A stretch of DNA of 46,627 nucleotides from Thalassotalea sp. Its GTDB lineage: Bacteria; Pseudomonadota; Gammaproteobacteria; Enterobacterales; Alteromonadaceae. The notes under the pieces were generated by a model. That model saw only the letters and a program-made list of their open reading frames with translations. It was not told the origin of the DNA and did no database searches. Made by a program: the position numbers and the translations under genes. The stretch is taken from the NCBI GenBank assembly GCA_029249355.1, contig JAQWHO010000178.1:1-46627 (forward strand), in the 5' to 3' direction. Below, piece after piece: positions 10,175 to 20,386 of the stretch; position 1 is the first letter of the stretch, and each line of letters opens with the position of its first letter.

Positions 10175-10218
10175 TGATATTTGACTCTGCTAATCCATCC
10201 TAGTTGTAATTATATTGG

Positions 10219-11667
10219 TTATTTCGTTGCTTTCTCATTAAATATTATTGATTGATTACGGCCATTATTTTTTGCTTGATACAACGCTTTATCGGCCTCT
10301 TCAATAAGCTGTTTAAAACTAACATTATCAGTCGGACTTTCGCTAATACCAAAGCTGATTGTCGTGTTAAATATATGATTTGAACTACTGACTTGGAACG
10401 GTGTATTAGCAATGCTTTCCCTAATACGCTCAACAATTTCAAACGCTTTTTGACATGGAGTGTTGGGTAAAAGCATGACAAATTCTTCACCTCCCCAACG
10501 TCCACTGATATCGTCACTACGTAAATTAGCATTTAATTGTGAAGCCACTTCTTTTAGCACTTCATCACCAACGGTATGCCCATAAGTATCATTGACTATT
10601 TTAAAGTAATCAATATCAGCAATAATCACACAAATACTGTCGTGCTGACAAATAAGCTCTTCAAATCGCCAATTTAAGTAACTTCGGTTGGGTAACTTTG
10701 TTAAAAAATCTGTTTCAGAGTCTTTGACTAAGTGTTTTTTAAAGTAATCGACGATAGTGATAAAGAAAAAATAAATAATAAATATCAGTAGAATAAATAT
10801 TCCGATTTTTGCTAAAAACAATTGTAAATATTCATCCTGCTTCGAGACCGGCGGGGAAAGAATAAACATTCGCCAATCTAACGCTTGGATAGGCATTTGT
10901 GAAATTATACGTTCATCACTTTCAACAGTGATGACCGTTTTTTTTACTTGAGATAGGCTTTCTTGGCTGAGTAAGTTTTGATACCAATCTAACTGACCTA
11001 TATTAATGGTTTCATCTTTTCGATGATGACTTTCTGTTTTCATTAAATGGTTAGACGACAGCATAATGTCATTATTTTGATCAACAAAGATCAATTCAAA
11101 ACCGAACCGTTTACTATATTCTTGAAACTTTTCAGAAAAATGGTTGAGATCTATTGCAACACCAATGAAGCCAATAAATTCCTCTTGGTGATTAAAAAGT
11201 TTCATATCAAAATATAAATGAGGGTTGTCAACGTTACCTATATCTGAAAATTGATTTTTATCTTGTGCTTTTAAGCGGTGATACCATTCTGCTTTCTCAT
11301 TAACGAGTGAAATAGATTTGTTATTTGAATCGAGGATCAAGTCGTGTTTTTCTAATGCGACAAAGGTCAACATGTTATAACGTTGAGAAAATCGCTGAAG
11401 ATATTGTAAAAGGCTATTTTTATCGATTTTTTCTTGTTCGATAAAGTCAATTAACATCTGATCATTTGCCATAAAAGAGGCAATGTTTAACGGGCGAATT
11501 ACTTCGCTATTAACAATAGAAAATAGCGGAATAATCGCCTGATGCTGACTTTTGTTATAACTATTTATCACATCTTTAAAGGTAAAGTATGAAGTGATAA
11601 CTATGGCAAAAATAGTTAAAAAATATAATGCACTAATACTTTGATTAAACTTATTTATAAACTTCAT
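10219..11667 (-). CDS. Membrane-bound diguanylate cyclase with periplasmic Cache-like sensor
   Basis: Two TM segments; DFLTKLPNR, DIDYFKIVNDTYGHTVGD, RSDD I-site, GGEEF, ADKALYQAK. Confidence 0.93.
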   Translation of the reverse strand: MKFINKFNQSISALYFLTIFAIVITSYFTFKDVINSYNKSQHQAIIPLFSIVNSEVIRPLNIASFMANDQMLIDFIEQEKIDKNSLLQYLQRFSQRYNMLTFVALEKHDLILDSNNKSISLVNEKAEWYHRLKAQDKNQFSDIGNVDNPHLYFDMKLFNHQEEFIGFIGVAIDLNHFSEKFQEYSKRFGFELIFVDQNNDIMLSSNHLMKTESHHRKDETINIGQLDWYQNLLSQESLSQVKKTVITVESDERIISQMPIQALDWRMFILSPPVSKQDEYLQLFLAKIGIFILLIFIIYFFFITIVDYFKKHLVKDSETDFLTKLPNRSYLNWRFEELICQHDSICVIIADIDYFKIVNDTYGHTVGDEVLKEVASQLNANLRSDDISGRWGGEEFVMLLPNTPCQKAFEIVERIRESIANTPFQVSSSNHIFNTTISFGISESPTDNVSFKQLIEEADKALYQAKNNGRNQSIIFNEKATK

Positions 11668-11785
11668 AGTAAATATCTGTAAGCATCGTTAAATGTTTGC
11701 ATGTGTTTGCTAAAGGTTAAGTAAGTGAAATTAAAGCGCTTACTACTAGGTATAGTGTTATTCGAACATAATTACTATATCAGCA

Positions 11786-12457
11786 TTAATTTATTCGCAA
11801 AAAACGCTTAATTAATTGGTGAGTGAAAGCTGTTTTTAAATAGAAGCCCCTTGGTAATGTCATAAAAGGTTTGCCATTTTTGTTGAAGGCTTTTGTTTTT
11901 GCTTGGCTATTGGCGGCTTTTGGGCGTAATTGCAATACTTGGCCGTGTTTGCCGTGAATATTTTCTACTTCACCTAAAACAATCATATCGGTTAATTCTT
12001 GCCAATCTTGAGATAAAAGATGTTCTTCATCTTCAGATGGACTCCACAGAAAAGGGGTGCCAACTATTCGTTCTGCGATAGGGATTTCTCTTTCAGAAAT
12101 TACTGGTACCCATAACACTTTATTGAGTTTATTTTTGATGTGGCTATTTTGCCACGTTGCGCCGACTAACCCTGTTAATGGGGCTACACAAACAAATGTG
12201 GTTTCTAAAGGCTTACCATAGCGATTAATAGGCAATGATTTTAATTCGATGCCAAGGTGTGGAAAATCTGGAATAGGCTTAGAGCCAGCGCTAGCGCCTA
12301 AAACCTGTTCGAGTAATAACCCTATCCAACCTTTTTCTTTATTCAAATTTTCTGGTACTTGAATATTTTGTTGGCTGGCAATTTGACCCAAAGTAAATCC
12401 GGACAGCGCTTGAGATCTGTCCATTAATTCATTTTCACTTTCAGGGATTTTAATCAT
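11786..12457 (-). CDS. mutH: DNA mismatch repair endonuclease MutH
   Basis: [48 protein letters not shown]; divergent from rppH. Confidence 0.96.
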   Translation of the reverse strand: MIKIPESENELMDRSQALSGFTLGQIASQQNIQVPENLNKEKGWIGLLLEQVLGASAGSKPIPDFPHLGIELKSLPINRYGKPLETTFVCVAPLTGLVGATWQNSHIKNKLNKVLWVPVISEREIPIAERIVGTPFLWSPSEDEEHLLSQDWQELTDMIVLGEVENIHGKHGQVLQLRPKAANSQAKTKAFNKNGKPFMTLPRGFYLKTAFTHQLIKRFLRIN

Positions 12458-12694
12458 TTATCTGCAAGAGAGTCTTGTTAGCGCCTAAATAACATTATCT
12501 TTTGCTCGCTATTTGTAAGCAAGCGATTTTTTGTTGTAAAACCTATTAATAATGACAGTGATTAAATAAGTAATAATTTCAACAGCCGCTAATAACTGAC
12601 TGAATTATTAATCAAAAGTTTAGGCAGTTTTTATTTGCTCACAAGGGCAGATTATGGAAGAATCAAGTCATATAAAAATTTTTTAGGAATACCT

Positions 12695-13198
12695 GTGATA
12701 GATGCCGAAGGCTATCGAGCTAATGTCGGCATAGTAATAATCAATGACAGGGGACAAGTTTTTTGGGCAAGACGTTTTGGACAACATTCATGGCAATATC
12801 CTCAAGGGGGAGTTGACGAGGGTGAAACGCCAGAACAGACTATGTATCGGGAGCTTCGTGAAGAAGTTGGTTTAAAACCTGAACATGTTAAAATTATTGC
12901 CACAACTAAACATTGGCTAAAGTACAAATTACCAAAACGATTGATCAGGCATGAAAGTAAGCCTGTTTGTATTGGACAAAAACAAAAGTGGTTTTTGTTA
13001 AAGTTAACAGCTAAAGAATCAGCGGTTGATTTACTCCATACTAAACATCCTGAATTTGATGACTGGCGTTGGGTGAGTTATTGGTATCCTGTAAGACAAG
13101 TCGTTTCATTTAAACGCGAAGTTTATCGTAAAGTAATGAAAGAATTTGTCGCAAATAGTTTACCTAATCATCGACATGAACGTCGTAAAAGACGGTAA
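12695..13198 (+). CDS. rppH: RNA pyrophosphohydrolase
   Basis: Start corrected to GTG 12695 (AGGA RBS at 12685), giving [13 protein letters not shown]; Nudix box [22 protein letters not shown]; GQKQKWF; PEFDDWRWV. Confidence 0.96.
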   Translation: MIDAEGYRANVGIVIINDRGQVFWARRFGQHSWQYPQGGVDEGETPEQTMYRELREEVGLKPEHVKIIATTKHWLKYKLPKRLIRHESKPVCIGQKQKWFLLKLTAKESAVDLLHTKHPEFDDWRWVSYWYPVRQVVSFKREVYRKVMKEFVANSLPNHRHERRKRR

Positions 13199-13272
13199 TT
13201 GATTATCACTGTGTTGTATAAATTTAATCCCTGATTAGTTAATCATTATTTAATTAATTCAGCGAAATAAAC

Positions 13273-13305
13273 ATAGCTCGCACTTAATATGTGGGCTATT
13301 TTTTT
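13273..13305 (+). terminator. Probable terminator between rppH and ptsP
   Basis: ATAGCTCGCA-loop-TGTGGGCTAT (with G-U pairs) followed by a T run. Confidence 0.6.
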
Positions 13306-13391
13306 CTATAAAGTCTGATATAAATTTACTGAGTTTTACACTCAATAAGGTCTAAAGTTTTTATCATACTTTAAACATCAATAGGGATCTC

Positions 13392-15668
13392 ATGTTAACG
13401 AGTTTACGTCGAATAGTGCTTGAATTTAGCCAGAATACTGAGCTAGAAAGTGCTTTGCGTCGTATTGTTAGTCAAGTGAAGCAAGTGATGAAAACTGAAT
13501 GTTGTTCAGTTTATTTGGCTGATCATCAAAAACAACACTTTATTTTAATGGCGTCAGACGGCTTAGATGAAAAGTCATTAGGTCACACAACAATTGGTTT
13601 TACTGAAGGGTTAATTGGCTTAGTTGCTCAACGTGAAGAACCTTTAAACATCGCAAATGCTCGTTCTCATCCTCATTTTATTCATGCGCCAGAAGTCAAA
13701 GAAGAAAATTTAAACGCGTTTCTTGGCACACCCATTATTCACCAAAGAAAAGTGCTAGGTGTTATTTCAATTCAACAAGAAAAAGCACGTTTTTTTAATG
13801 AGAACGAAGAAGCCTTTCTTGTGACATTGTCGGCGCAAATAGCGACTGCAATGGCAAGTGCTGAAGCAACAGGCTTAATTGCACAACGTCAAGGGAATAA
13901 TCATTGGACTAAAGCAATTCAAGGTGCAGCAGGCTCATCAGGTGTAGCTGTTGCTCCTATGCTTTTAGTGCAACCTCATGCAGATTTAAGTGCAATAGCT
14001 ATGTCTAAAGCTGATGATATTGCGATAGAACAAGAGCGATTTGAGCAAGCGGTTATTCAGACACGTGCTGATTTCACTCAAATGGCAAGTAAGCTTGAAG
14101 CCATTATTGTCGATGACAGCTTAGATATTTTTGAAATGTATAAGCAATTGCTCGATAAGGCGAATTTAGGCCGAGAAGTTGCTGAAAAAATTGATGAAAA
14201 TTGGAACGCTGAAAGTGCTTTAAAAATAGTGATTGATAACTATGTTGTTCAATTTGAGGGATTAGAAGATAATTATTTACGCGAAAGAGCCAGCGATATT
14301 AAAGACCTTGGTAATCGTTTACTTTTTAATATTCAATCACTAAACAAAATACCTAAAGAGATTCCTAAGCAATTTATTTTAGTGGCAGAAGATGTGACAG
14401 CCTCAATGGTTGCTGAATATCAACACTTAGGCTTAAAAGGGATAGTGTCATTACAAGGCTCAAATAATTCACATGCGGCTATTTTGGCCAGAGCGTTAGC
14501 ATTACCTGCTGTGATGGGCATTGAAAGAATTCCATTAGGTAAACTTGATAAACACTTATGTATTATCGACGGTTATAGTGGTGAATTATTTGTAGATCCT
14601 AATGAAGCGTTAATTCGCGAGTATGAACATTTAATTGCAGAAGAAAGTGCGTTAACAGATAAAGTGAAGCAAGTTGAGCTTTTACCTGCAATGACTCCTG
14701 ACGGCAAAGAAATTGAGTTAATGCTTAATGCCGGATTATCGTCTGGCTTTGAACATTCTAAAAATTCAGGTGCTGCAGGCATTGGTTTGTACCGTACTGA
14801 AATTCCTTTTATGAGCAAAAGCTGTTTTCCGTCGGAGCTTGAGCAAACGGTATTATATCGTCAAATTTTAGAAACATTTCCAGGAAAGCCTGTAACAATG
14901 CGTACACTAGATGTTGGTGGTGATAAATCATTGCCTTATTTTCCTATTCATGAAGACAATCCTTTTTTAGGTTGGCGTGGCATTCGTATCACGTTAGATC
15001 ATCCTGAAATATTTTTACTGCAAATACGCGCAATGTTAAGAGCCAGTGTAACGTCAAAAAATTTAGAAATTATGTTACCGATGATTTCAAGTGTAACTGA
15101 AGTTGATGAAGCGGTTAGGCTAATTAATCAGGCATATTTTGAATTATCATCAGAACTTGAATTTAATGATGGCAAAGGTTTAGCTCGTCCTCGTATTGGT
15201 ATTATGATTGAGGTGCCAAGTGTTATTTTTCAATTAGAAGAATTGGCTAAGAAGGTAGACTTCTTTTCCGTTGGCAGTAATGACTTAACGCAGTATTTAT
15301 TGGCGGTAGATCGTAATAATTCACGCGTTGCCAGTATTTATAGTTCATATCATCCGGCGGTGTTAAAAGCGTTACAAATGATAGCCCAAGAGTCGCAGAA
15401 ATACTCTATTCCACTGAGTTTATGTGGTGAACTTGCCAGTGAACCTGCTGGTGCACTGCTATTATTAGCTATGGGTTATGATAAATTAAGTATGAACCCA
15501 CATAATATTTCGAAAATAAAATGGGTTATTAGGCATGTTGAGTTTAAAGTAGCTCAAGCTATATTGGCGAAAGCATTGACCTTTTCTAATGCTAAGCAAG
15601 TGCATAGTTATTTAAATGAACAATTAGAGCTGCTTGAATTGGGCGGCTTTGTTCGTGCTGGCATGTAA
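13392..15668 (+). CDS. ptsP: PTS enzyme I-Ntr (GAF + PEP-protein phosphotransferase)
   Basis: N-terminal GAF domain; NSHAAILARA (phospho-His), GIGLYRTE, RTLDVGGDK, NPFLGWRGIR, SVGSNDLTQY, LCGELA. Confidence 0.97.
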   Translation: MLTSLRRIVLEFSQNTELESALRRIVSQVKQVMKTECCSVYLADHQKQHFILMASDGLDEKSLGHTTIGFTEGLIGLVAQREEPLNIANARSHPHFIHAPEVKEENLNAFLGTPIIHQRKVLGVISIQQEKARFFNENEEAFLVTLSAQIATAMASAEATGLIAQRQGNNHWTKAIQGAAGSSGVAVAPMLLVQPHADLSAIAMSKADDIAIEQERFEQAVIQTRADFTQMASKLEAIIVDDSLDIFEMYKQLLDKANLGREVAEKIDENWNAESALKIVIDNYVVQFEGLEDNYLRERASDIKDLGNRLLFNIQSLNKIPKEIPKQFILVAEDVTASMVAEYQHLGLKGIVSLQGSNNSHAAILARALALPAVMGIERIPLGKLDKHLCIIDGYSGELFVDPNEALIREYEHLIAEESALTDKVKQVELLPAMTPDGKEIELMLNAGLSSGFEHSKNSGAAGIGLYRTEIPFMSKSCFPSELEQTVLYRQILETFPGKPVTMRTLDVGGDKSLPYFPIHEDNPFLGWRGIRITLDHPEIFLLQIRAMLRASVTSKNLEIMLPMISSVTEVDEAVRLINQAYFELSSELEFNDGKGLARPRIGIMIEVPSVIFQLEELAKKVDFFSVGSNDLTQYLLAVDRNNSRVASIYSSYHPAVLKALQMIAQESQKYSIPLSLCGELASEPAGALLLLAMGYDKLSMNPHNISKIKWVIRHVEFKVAQAILAKALTFSNAKQVHSYLNEQLELLELGGFVRAGM

Positions 15669-15750
15669 TTGAATTTTTTGTAATATTTCTTTTTAAGTGT
15701 ATTGAATAGTTAATTTTCTTTAAGCTTATTCACATCTATTTAGGTTATTT

Positions 15751-16542
15751 ATGTTTATCAGTGTATTACTTGTATGTGCTGTATTAGGTTGTTTAGCCGG
15801 GTTTTTAGCTGGACTATTGGGGATTGGTGGCGGCCTGGTAATAGTGCCCGCTTTAGTTTATTTATTACCTACTTTGGGTTTTTCGCCAGATGTAGTGATG
15901 CCTGTAGCCATAGCTACTTCTTTAGCTTCTATCGTCTTTACCTCGGCTTCAGGTACCTTTGCTCATCACAAAAATAACAATATTCCTTGGGATGTCGCTA
16001 AACAGCTGATGATAATGATTGCGATTGGCGCGCTATTGGGGGCTTATATTGCGGATTCTTTATCGAGTGAGTTATTAACGTATATTTTTGCGGTAGCGGT
16101 AACAATTCTTGCCAGTTATATGTTGTTTTCAGTGCGAATTGTAAAAAGTAAACCTTTACCGAATCATTGGGTAATTAAATCTATAGGTTTAGGCACAGGT
16201 TATATTTCTAGCCTAATGGGAATAGCAGGTGGCGCTATTTTAGTACCGGTATTAACTTATTATTCTTTATCACTGAGGCAAGCTATTGGCACAGCGACCG
16301 TTTGTGGATTTGTTGTCGCTTTGTTTGGCGCGACAGGGTTCGTTATTACCGGTTTAGATCAAACAGATTTACCTTCGTGGAGCTTAGGTTATATATATTT
16401 GCCGGCATTGTTCGGTATTATTTCTACGTCTTCATTATTTGCACCTTTTGGTGTAAAAATGGCAGAAAAATTACCGGTGAGATATTTAAGACGAATTTTT
16501 TCAGGCTTCTTAATTTCAGTCGCAATAAAAATGGTTTTATAG
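15751..16542 (+). CDS. TauE/SafE family sulfite exporter (TSUP permease)
   Basis: GFLAGLLGIGGGLVIVP, AIATSLA, second repeat GIAGGAILVP; about 8 TM segments. Confidence 0.92.
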   Translation: MFISVLLVCAVLGCLAGFLAGLLGIGGGLVIVPALVYLLPTLGFSPDVVMPVAIATSLASIVFTSASGTFAHHKNNNIPWDVAKQLMIMIAIGALLGAYIADSLSSELLTYIFAVAVTILASYMLFSVRIVKSKPLPNHWVIKSIGLGTGYISSLMGIAGGAILVPVLTYYSLSLRQAIGTATVCGFVVALFGATGFVITGLDQTDLPSWSLGYIYLPALFGIISTSSLFAPFGVKMAEKLPVRYLRRIFSGFLISVAIKMVL

Positions 16543-16662
16543 CTTTTCTCAGTACGAGGTTTTTAAGGCGATATCGTCTTTTTCGTAGTATTTTTTGAAT
16601 ATATTCGGCATAATTTAATCGATTAATTCTCCCAATTCTCATTATCAATTTTAGGAAAAATA

Positions 16663-17496
16663 ATGAAAGCTTATTTAGATTTAATGCGTCACGTTTATGA
16701 ACATGGCGTAGAAAAGTCAGATCGAACAGGTACTGGTACTAAAAGTATTTTTGGCTATCAGATGCGTTTTGATTTATCTAAAGGCTTTCCCTTAGTCACA
16801 ACAAAAAAATGTCATTTAAAATCAATCATTCATGAATTGCTATGGTTTATTAAAGGCGAATCTAACATTGCTTATTTAAAAGAAAATGGCGTGAAAATTT
16901 GGGATGCTTGGGCAACACCAGAAGGCGAATTGGGGCCTGTTTATGGTGTGCAATGGCGAAATTGGCCATCGGCCAATGGCGAAACGATTGATCAGTTAGC
17001 ACAGTTAATTCATGATTTAAAAAATAACCCTGATTCGCGCCGTCACATCATCACAGCATGGAATCCCGCATTATTGCCTGATACCTCTATTAGTCCTGAT
17101 GCGAATGCAGCAATTGGTAAACAAGCACTTCCACCGTGTCATACACTTTTTCAGTTTTATGTCCTGGAAGGAAAATTGTCTTGTCAGTTATACCAACGCA
17201 GTGCAGATATCTTTTTAGGTGTACCTTTTAATATTGCCAGTTATGCACTTTTCACTATGATGATCGCACAAGTGTGTGATTTAGAATTAGGAGATTTCGT
17301 TCATACCTTTGGTGATGCTCATTTGTATTTGAATCATATGGAACAGGTGCAAGAGCAACTATCGCGTGAGCCATTATCATTGCCGACTATGGCGATTAAT
17401 CCTGATGTGAAAAGCATTTTTGATTTCACTTTTGATGACTTTGAATTACAAGACTATCAAGCTCATCCTCATATTAAAGCGGCAATATCTGTTTAG
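16663..17496 (+). CDS. thyA: Thymidylate synthase
   Basis: [51 protein letters not shown]. Confidence 0.97.
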   Translation: MKAYLDLMRHVYEHGVEKSDRTGTGTKSIFGYQMRFDLSKGFPLVTTKKCHLKSIIHELLWFIKGESNIAYLKENGVKIWDAWATPEGELGPVYGVQWRNWPSANGETIDQLAQLIHDLKNNPDSRRHIITAWNPALLPDTSISPDANAAIGKQALPPCHTLFQFYVLEGKLSCQLYQRSADIFLGVPFNIASYALFTMMIAQVCDLELGDFVHTFGDAHLYLNHMEQVQEQLSREPLSLPTMAINPDVKSIFDFTFDDFELQDYQAHPHIKAAISV

Positions 17497-17522
17497 TTAG
17501 ATTAAGTTAAATATTACAAAAA

Positions 17523-17549
17523 GAAAAAGGAGCTCAGGCTCCTTTTTTC
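17523..17549. terminator. Bidirectional terminator between thyA and yfhL
   Basis: AAAAAGGAGC-TCAG-GCTCCTTTTTT. Confidence 0.88.
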
Positions 17550-17596
17550 ATATCAACGTTAAACTTAACTTCAATTACTAAAACTCGCATTATCGA

Positions 17597-17842
17597 TCAA
17601 CCATGCATTCGCATAAACTTTGCCAGTAAAGTTGCTTCATCTTCGATGTGGAGAGGATCTTTTTTAATACAATCTATCGGACACACTGAAATACAAGTGG
17701 GTTTATCGTAATGACCGATACACTCTGTGCATTTTTCAGGATCAATTTCATACACCGCTTCACCTAACGTTATTGCTTGATTTGGACACTCAGGATCACA
17801 CATATCACAGTTAATACAAGAGTCTTCAATGATTAATGCCAT
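17597..17842 (-). CDS. yfhL: YfhL-family 2x[4Fe-4S] ferredoxin
   Basis: CINCDMCDPECPN and CTECIGHYDKPTCISVCP; downstream of trhP. Confidence 0.93.
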   Translation of the reverse strand: MALIIEDSCINCDMCDPECPNQAITLGEAVYEIDPEKCTECIGHYDKPTCISVCPIDCIKKDPLHIEDEATLLAKFMRMHG

Positions 17843-17847
17843 TTTCG

Positions 17848-19212
17848 TTATGTCTGCTTAACTTGGTTTTGAGCGAAAGGGTGACGTGTGGTTCCTCCTT
17901 CATCTAAATAACGCATTATTATCGCGAATTTCAAATCTAACTCAGTGTCTAACTTGATAAAAACAATGTGCCCAGAGCCTTTTGCGTCAGTAATTTCTTC
18001 GCCTTTGTTGTTTTCCATATACTCAAGGTTAAAGGATAAATTGCCTTTAGGTGTCATCAACTCTAAGCGATCACCCGTTAAAAACTTATTTTTCACTTCT
18101 ATTTGAATTAACTTTTTATCATCACTGCTACCGATAACTTCACCGACAAATTGTTGGGTATCACTTTTTGAATAACCGTAATCGTAGTTTTGTGTATCAC
18201 CGTGACGATGGCGCTGTAAAAAGCCTTCTGTATAGCCACGGTGTGCTAGATGCTCTAAATCAGTATTGAGTGATTGATTGAAAGGTTTGTTAGCCATTGA
18301 ATCTAAAATTGCTTGATGATATATCTGAGCGGTTCTCGCACAATAATAAAAAGACTTAGTACGGCCTTCTATTTTAAGTGAATGAACGCCTATTTTTACT
18401 AGGCGGTCAACATGTTCTACTGCGCGTAAATCCTTGGAATTCATAATATAAGTCCCGTGTTCATCTTCAAATGCGGGCATATATTCACCTGGACGACCTT
18501 GCTCTTGTAATAAAACAATATCATCAATAGGTTTTTGGTCAGGCATATAAATATCTACAGGTTGGGCTATCACATCACCCGTTTCAGTTTCTTTTGCTTC
18601 ATGCACATCATATTTCCAGCGACAAGAATTAGTACAAGTTCCTTGGTTGGGATCGCGTTTATTTATATAGCCTGATAATAAACAACGACCAGAATAAGCC
18701 ATACAAAGAGCACCGTGAACAAATACCTCTAGTTCCATTTCAGGGCATTGAAAACGTATCTCTTCTATTTCGTCTAATGATAATTCTCGAGATAAAATGA
18801 CGCGTTCAACACCTTGTTGGTACCAAAACTTTACCGTTGACCAATTAACGGCATTTGCTTGTACCGATAAATGAATCGCCATATCAGGAAAATTTTCTCG
18901 AACCATCATAATTAAACCAGGATCAGACATGATCAAGGCATCAGGTTTCATGGCGATAACTGGTGAAATATCTTTTAAGAAGGTTTTTAATTTACTGTTG
19001 TGAGGCGCAATATTATTGACTAAATAAAATTTCTTACCGAGTTGATGGGCTTCATGAATGCCTTGTTTGATTGTTTCAAGATTAAACTCATTATTTCGTA
19101 CCCTTAATGAATAACGAGGTTGGCCAGCATAAACAGCATCTGCACCGTAGGCAAATGCATATCGCATATTTTTTAAACTCCCCGCAGGCGAAAGTAATTC
19201 AGGTTTAATCAT
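17848..19212 (-). CDS. trhP: Prephenate-dependent tRNA 5-hydroxyuridine synthase (U32 peptidase family, YegQ)
   Basis: PELLSPAGS, YGADAVYAGQPRYSLR, HGALCMAYSGRCLLS, NQGTCTNSCRW, LKIEGR; ATG 19212 preferred over GTG 19221. Confidence 0.94.
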   Translation of the reverse strand: MIKPELLSPAGSLKNMRYAFAYGADAVYAGQPRYSLRVRNNEFNLETIKQGIHEAHQLGKKFYLVNNIAPHNSKLKTFLKDISPVIAMKPDALIMSDPGLIMMVRENFPDMAIHLSVQANAVNWSTVKFWYQQGVERVILSRELSLDEIEEIRFQCPEMELEVFVHGALCMAYSGRCLLSGYINKRDPNQGTCTNSCRWKYDVHEAKETETGDVIAQPVDIYMPDQKPIDDIVLLQEQGRPGEYMPAFEDEHGTYIMNSKDLRAVEHVDRLVKIGVHSLKIEGRTKSFYYCARTAQIYHQAILDSMANKPFNQSLNTDLEHLAHRGYTEGFLQRHRHGDTQNYDYGYSKSDTQQFVGEVIGSSDDKKLIQIEVKNKFLTGDRLELMTPKGNLSFNLEYMENNKGEEITDAKGSGHIVFIKLDTELDLKFAIIMRYLDEGGTTRHPFAQNQVKQT

Positions 19213-19240
19213 AGTTAGCACTCAAAATTTAAGGGCGTGC

Positions 19241-19269
19241 ATTATAGGGATAGCTTGCTATCCGTTCAA
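19241..19269 (-). promoter_or_regulatory. Sigma70 promoter of trhP-yfhL with palindromic spacer
   Basis: Minus strand TTGAAC (19269-19264), 17 bp, TATAAT (19246-19241), then GC-rich discriminator GCACGCCC. Confidence 0.75.
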
Positions 19270-19442
19270 ACGTCCTGATCAATAAATAGTGAAATAATTA
19301 TAAAAAAAGCTTGCACTTCAACATGAGGATTTGTATGCAAAAAATTGAATTAAAATATTATCGAAAAAAAATTTGTTTTGTGTGAAATTTTCCTGTGTTA
19401 TCAGAAATATGTGCTATTTTTAAAAAAGAGAAATAATAATTA

Positions 19443-20297
19443 ATGAGGTTCTTTATGGGAACGGAAAATGCGCTTTACACCATTTTGGTGGAAAAAATTA
19501 AACAAGAATCTTTAGTATTACCCACATTACCTGAAGTTGCGTTAAGAGTAAGAGAAGCAGCAGATGATCCTGAAATCAATTTAGGTCAAATGAGCGAAAT
19601 TATTTCACATGATGCCGCATTGTCTATGGGCATGTTAAAAGTCGCTAATAGCGCAATGTTAGGTCGAGGCATCAAAGTTGAAACGGTTAACCAAGCGGTG
19701 ACAAGAATAGGCTTAAGACAGATTAAAAGTATTGCGACTGCAATGGCATTAGAACAAGTATTTATTTCAGAAAATGAAATTGTATCTATGTATTTGAAGA
19801 AGTCATGGACTAAAACTGTTGATGTTGCTTCTGTTGCTATTTCATTGATGACCTTTTATTTGAAGAAAAACAAACACTCATCATTGATGTTAGAAACGGT
19901 CACTTTAGCTGCGCTTATTCATAGTATTGGCGTATTACCTATTTTAACCGAAGCAGAAAGTCATCCTGATGTTTTTGCTAATCCAACATTTTTACAACAA
20001 GCCATTATTAAATTATCTAGCAGTGTTGGCGCAGAAGTCACAAAAGCTTGGGGCCTTTCTGAAGATTTTACCGATATAGTACAAAACTGGAGTGATTTAA
20101 CGATATTACCTGATGATGTTCATTATTTAGACTTTATTCGTGCTGGTGCGATTTATCATGGCATTTTCAAAAATGAATCTACGAAAGCAATTCTTTTGAA
20201 AAGTTACGTAGCCAAAGGAATTATGCCTGATATTGATTTTATGGAAAGCGATGACTTTATAGAAACGGTCTCTGATGTGAAGACCATGTTTAGCTAG
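19443..20297 (+). CDS. Stand-alone HDOD domain protein
   Basis: LPTLPEVA, DAALSMGMLKVANSA, VNQAVTRIG, ALIHSIGVLP, AWGL. Confidence 0.9.
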   Translation: MRFFMGTENALYTILVEKIKQESLVLPTLPEVALRVREAADDPEINLGQMSEIISHDAALSMGMLKVANSAMLGRGIKVETVNQAVTRIGLRQIKSIATAMALEQVFISENEIVSMYLKKSWTKTVDVASVAISLMTFYLKKNKHSSLMLETVTLAALIHSIGVLPILTEAESHPDVFANPTFLQQAIIKLSSSVGAEVTKAWGLSEDFTDIVQNWSDLTILPDDVHYLDFIRAGAIYHGIFKNESTKAILLKSYVAKGIMPDIDFMESDDFIETVSDVKTMFS

Positions 20298-20333
20298 TAA
20301 ATAGTTTAGCTAGAAAGTGGTTTGCGAATAAAT

Positions 20334-20359
20334 AAAAAGGCGCATTAAGCGCCTTTTTT
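20334..20359. terminator. Bidirectional terminator between HDOD gene and rdgC
   Basis: AAAAAGGCGC-ATTAA-GCGCCTTTTTT. Confidence 0.88.
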
Positions 20360-20386
20360 GACCTAATTCATTGATTATTTGATCAA

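Noticed and set aside
12635-12694. N-terminal extension of RppH given by the ORF track
   Set aside because: GTG 12695 has an RBS and matches the conserved MID start
16625-16650. Fur half-site ATTCTCATTATCA before thyA
   Set aside because: Only one good half-site; no supporting context
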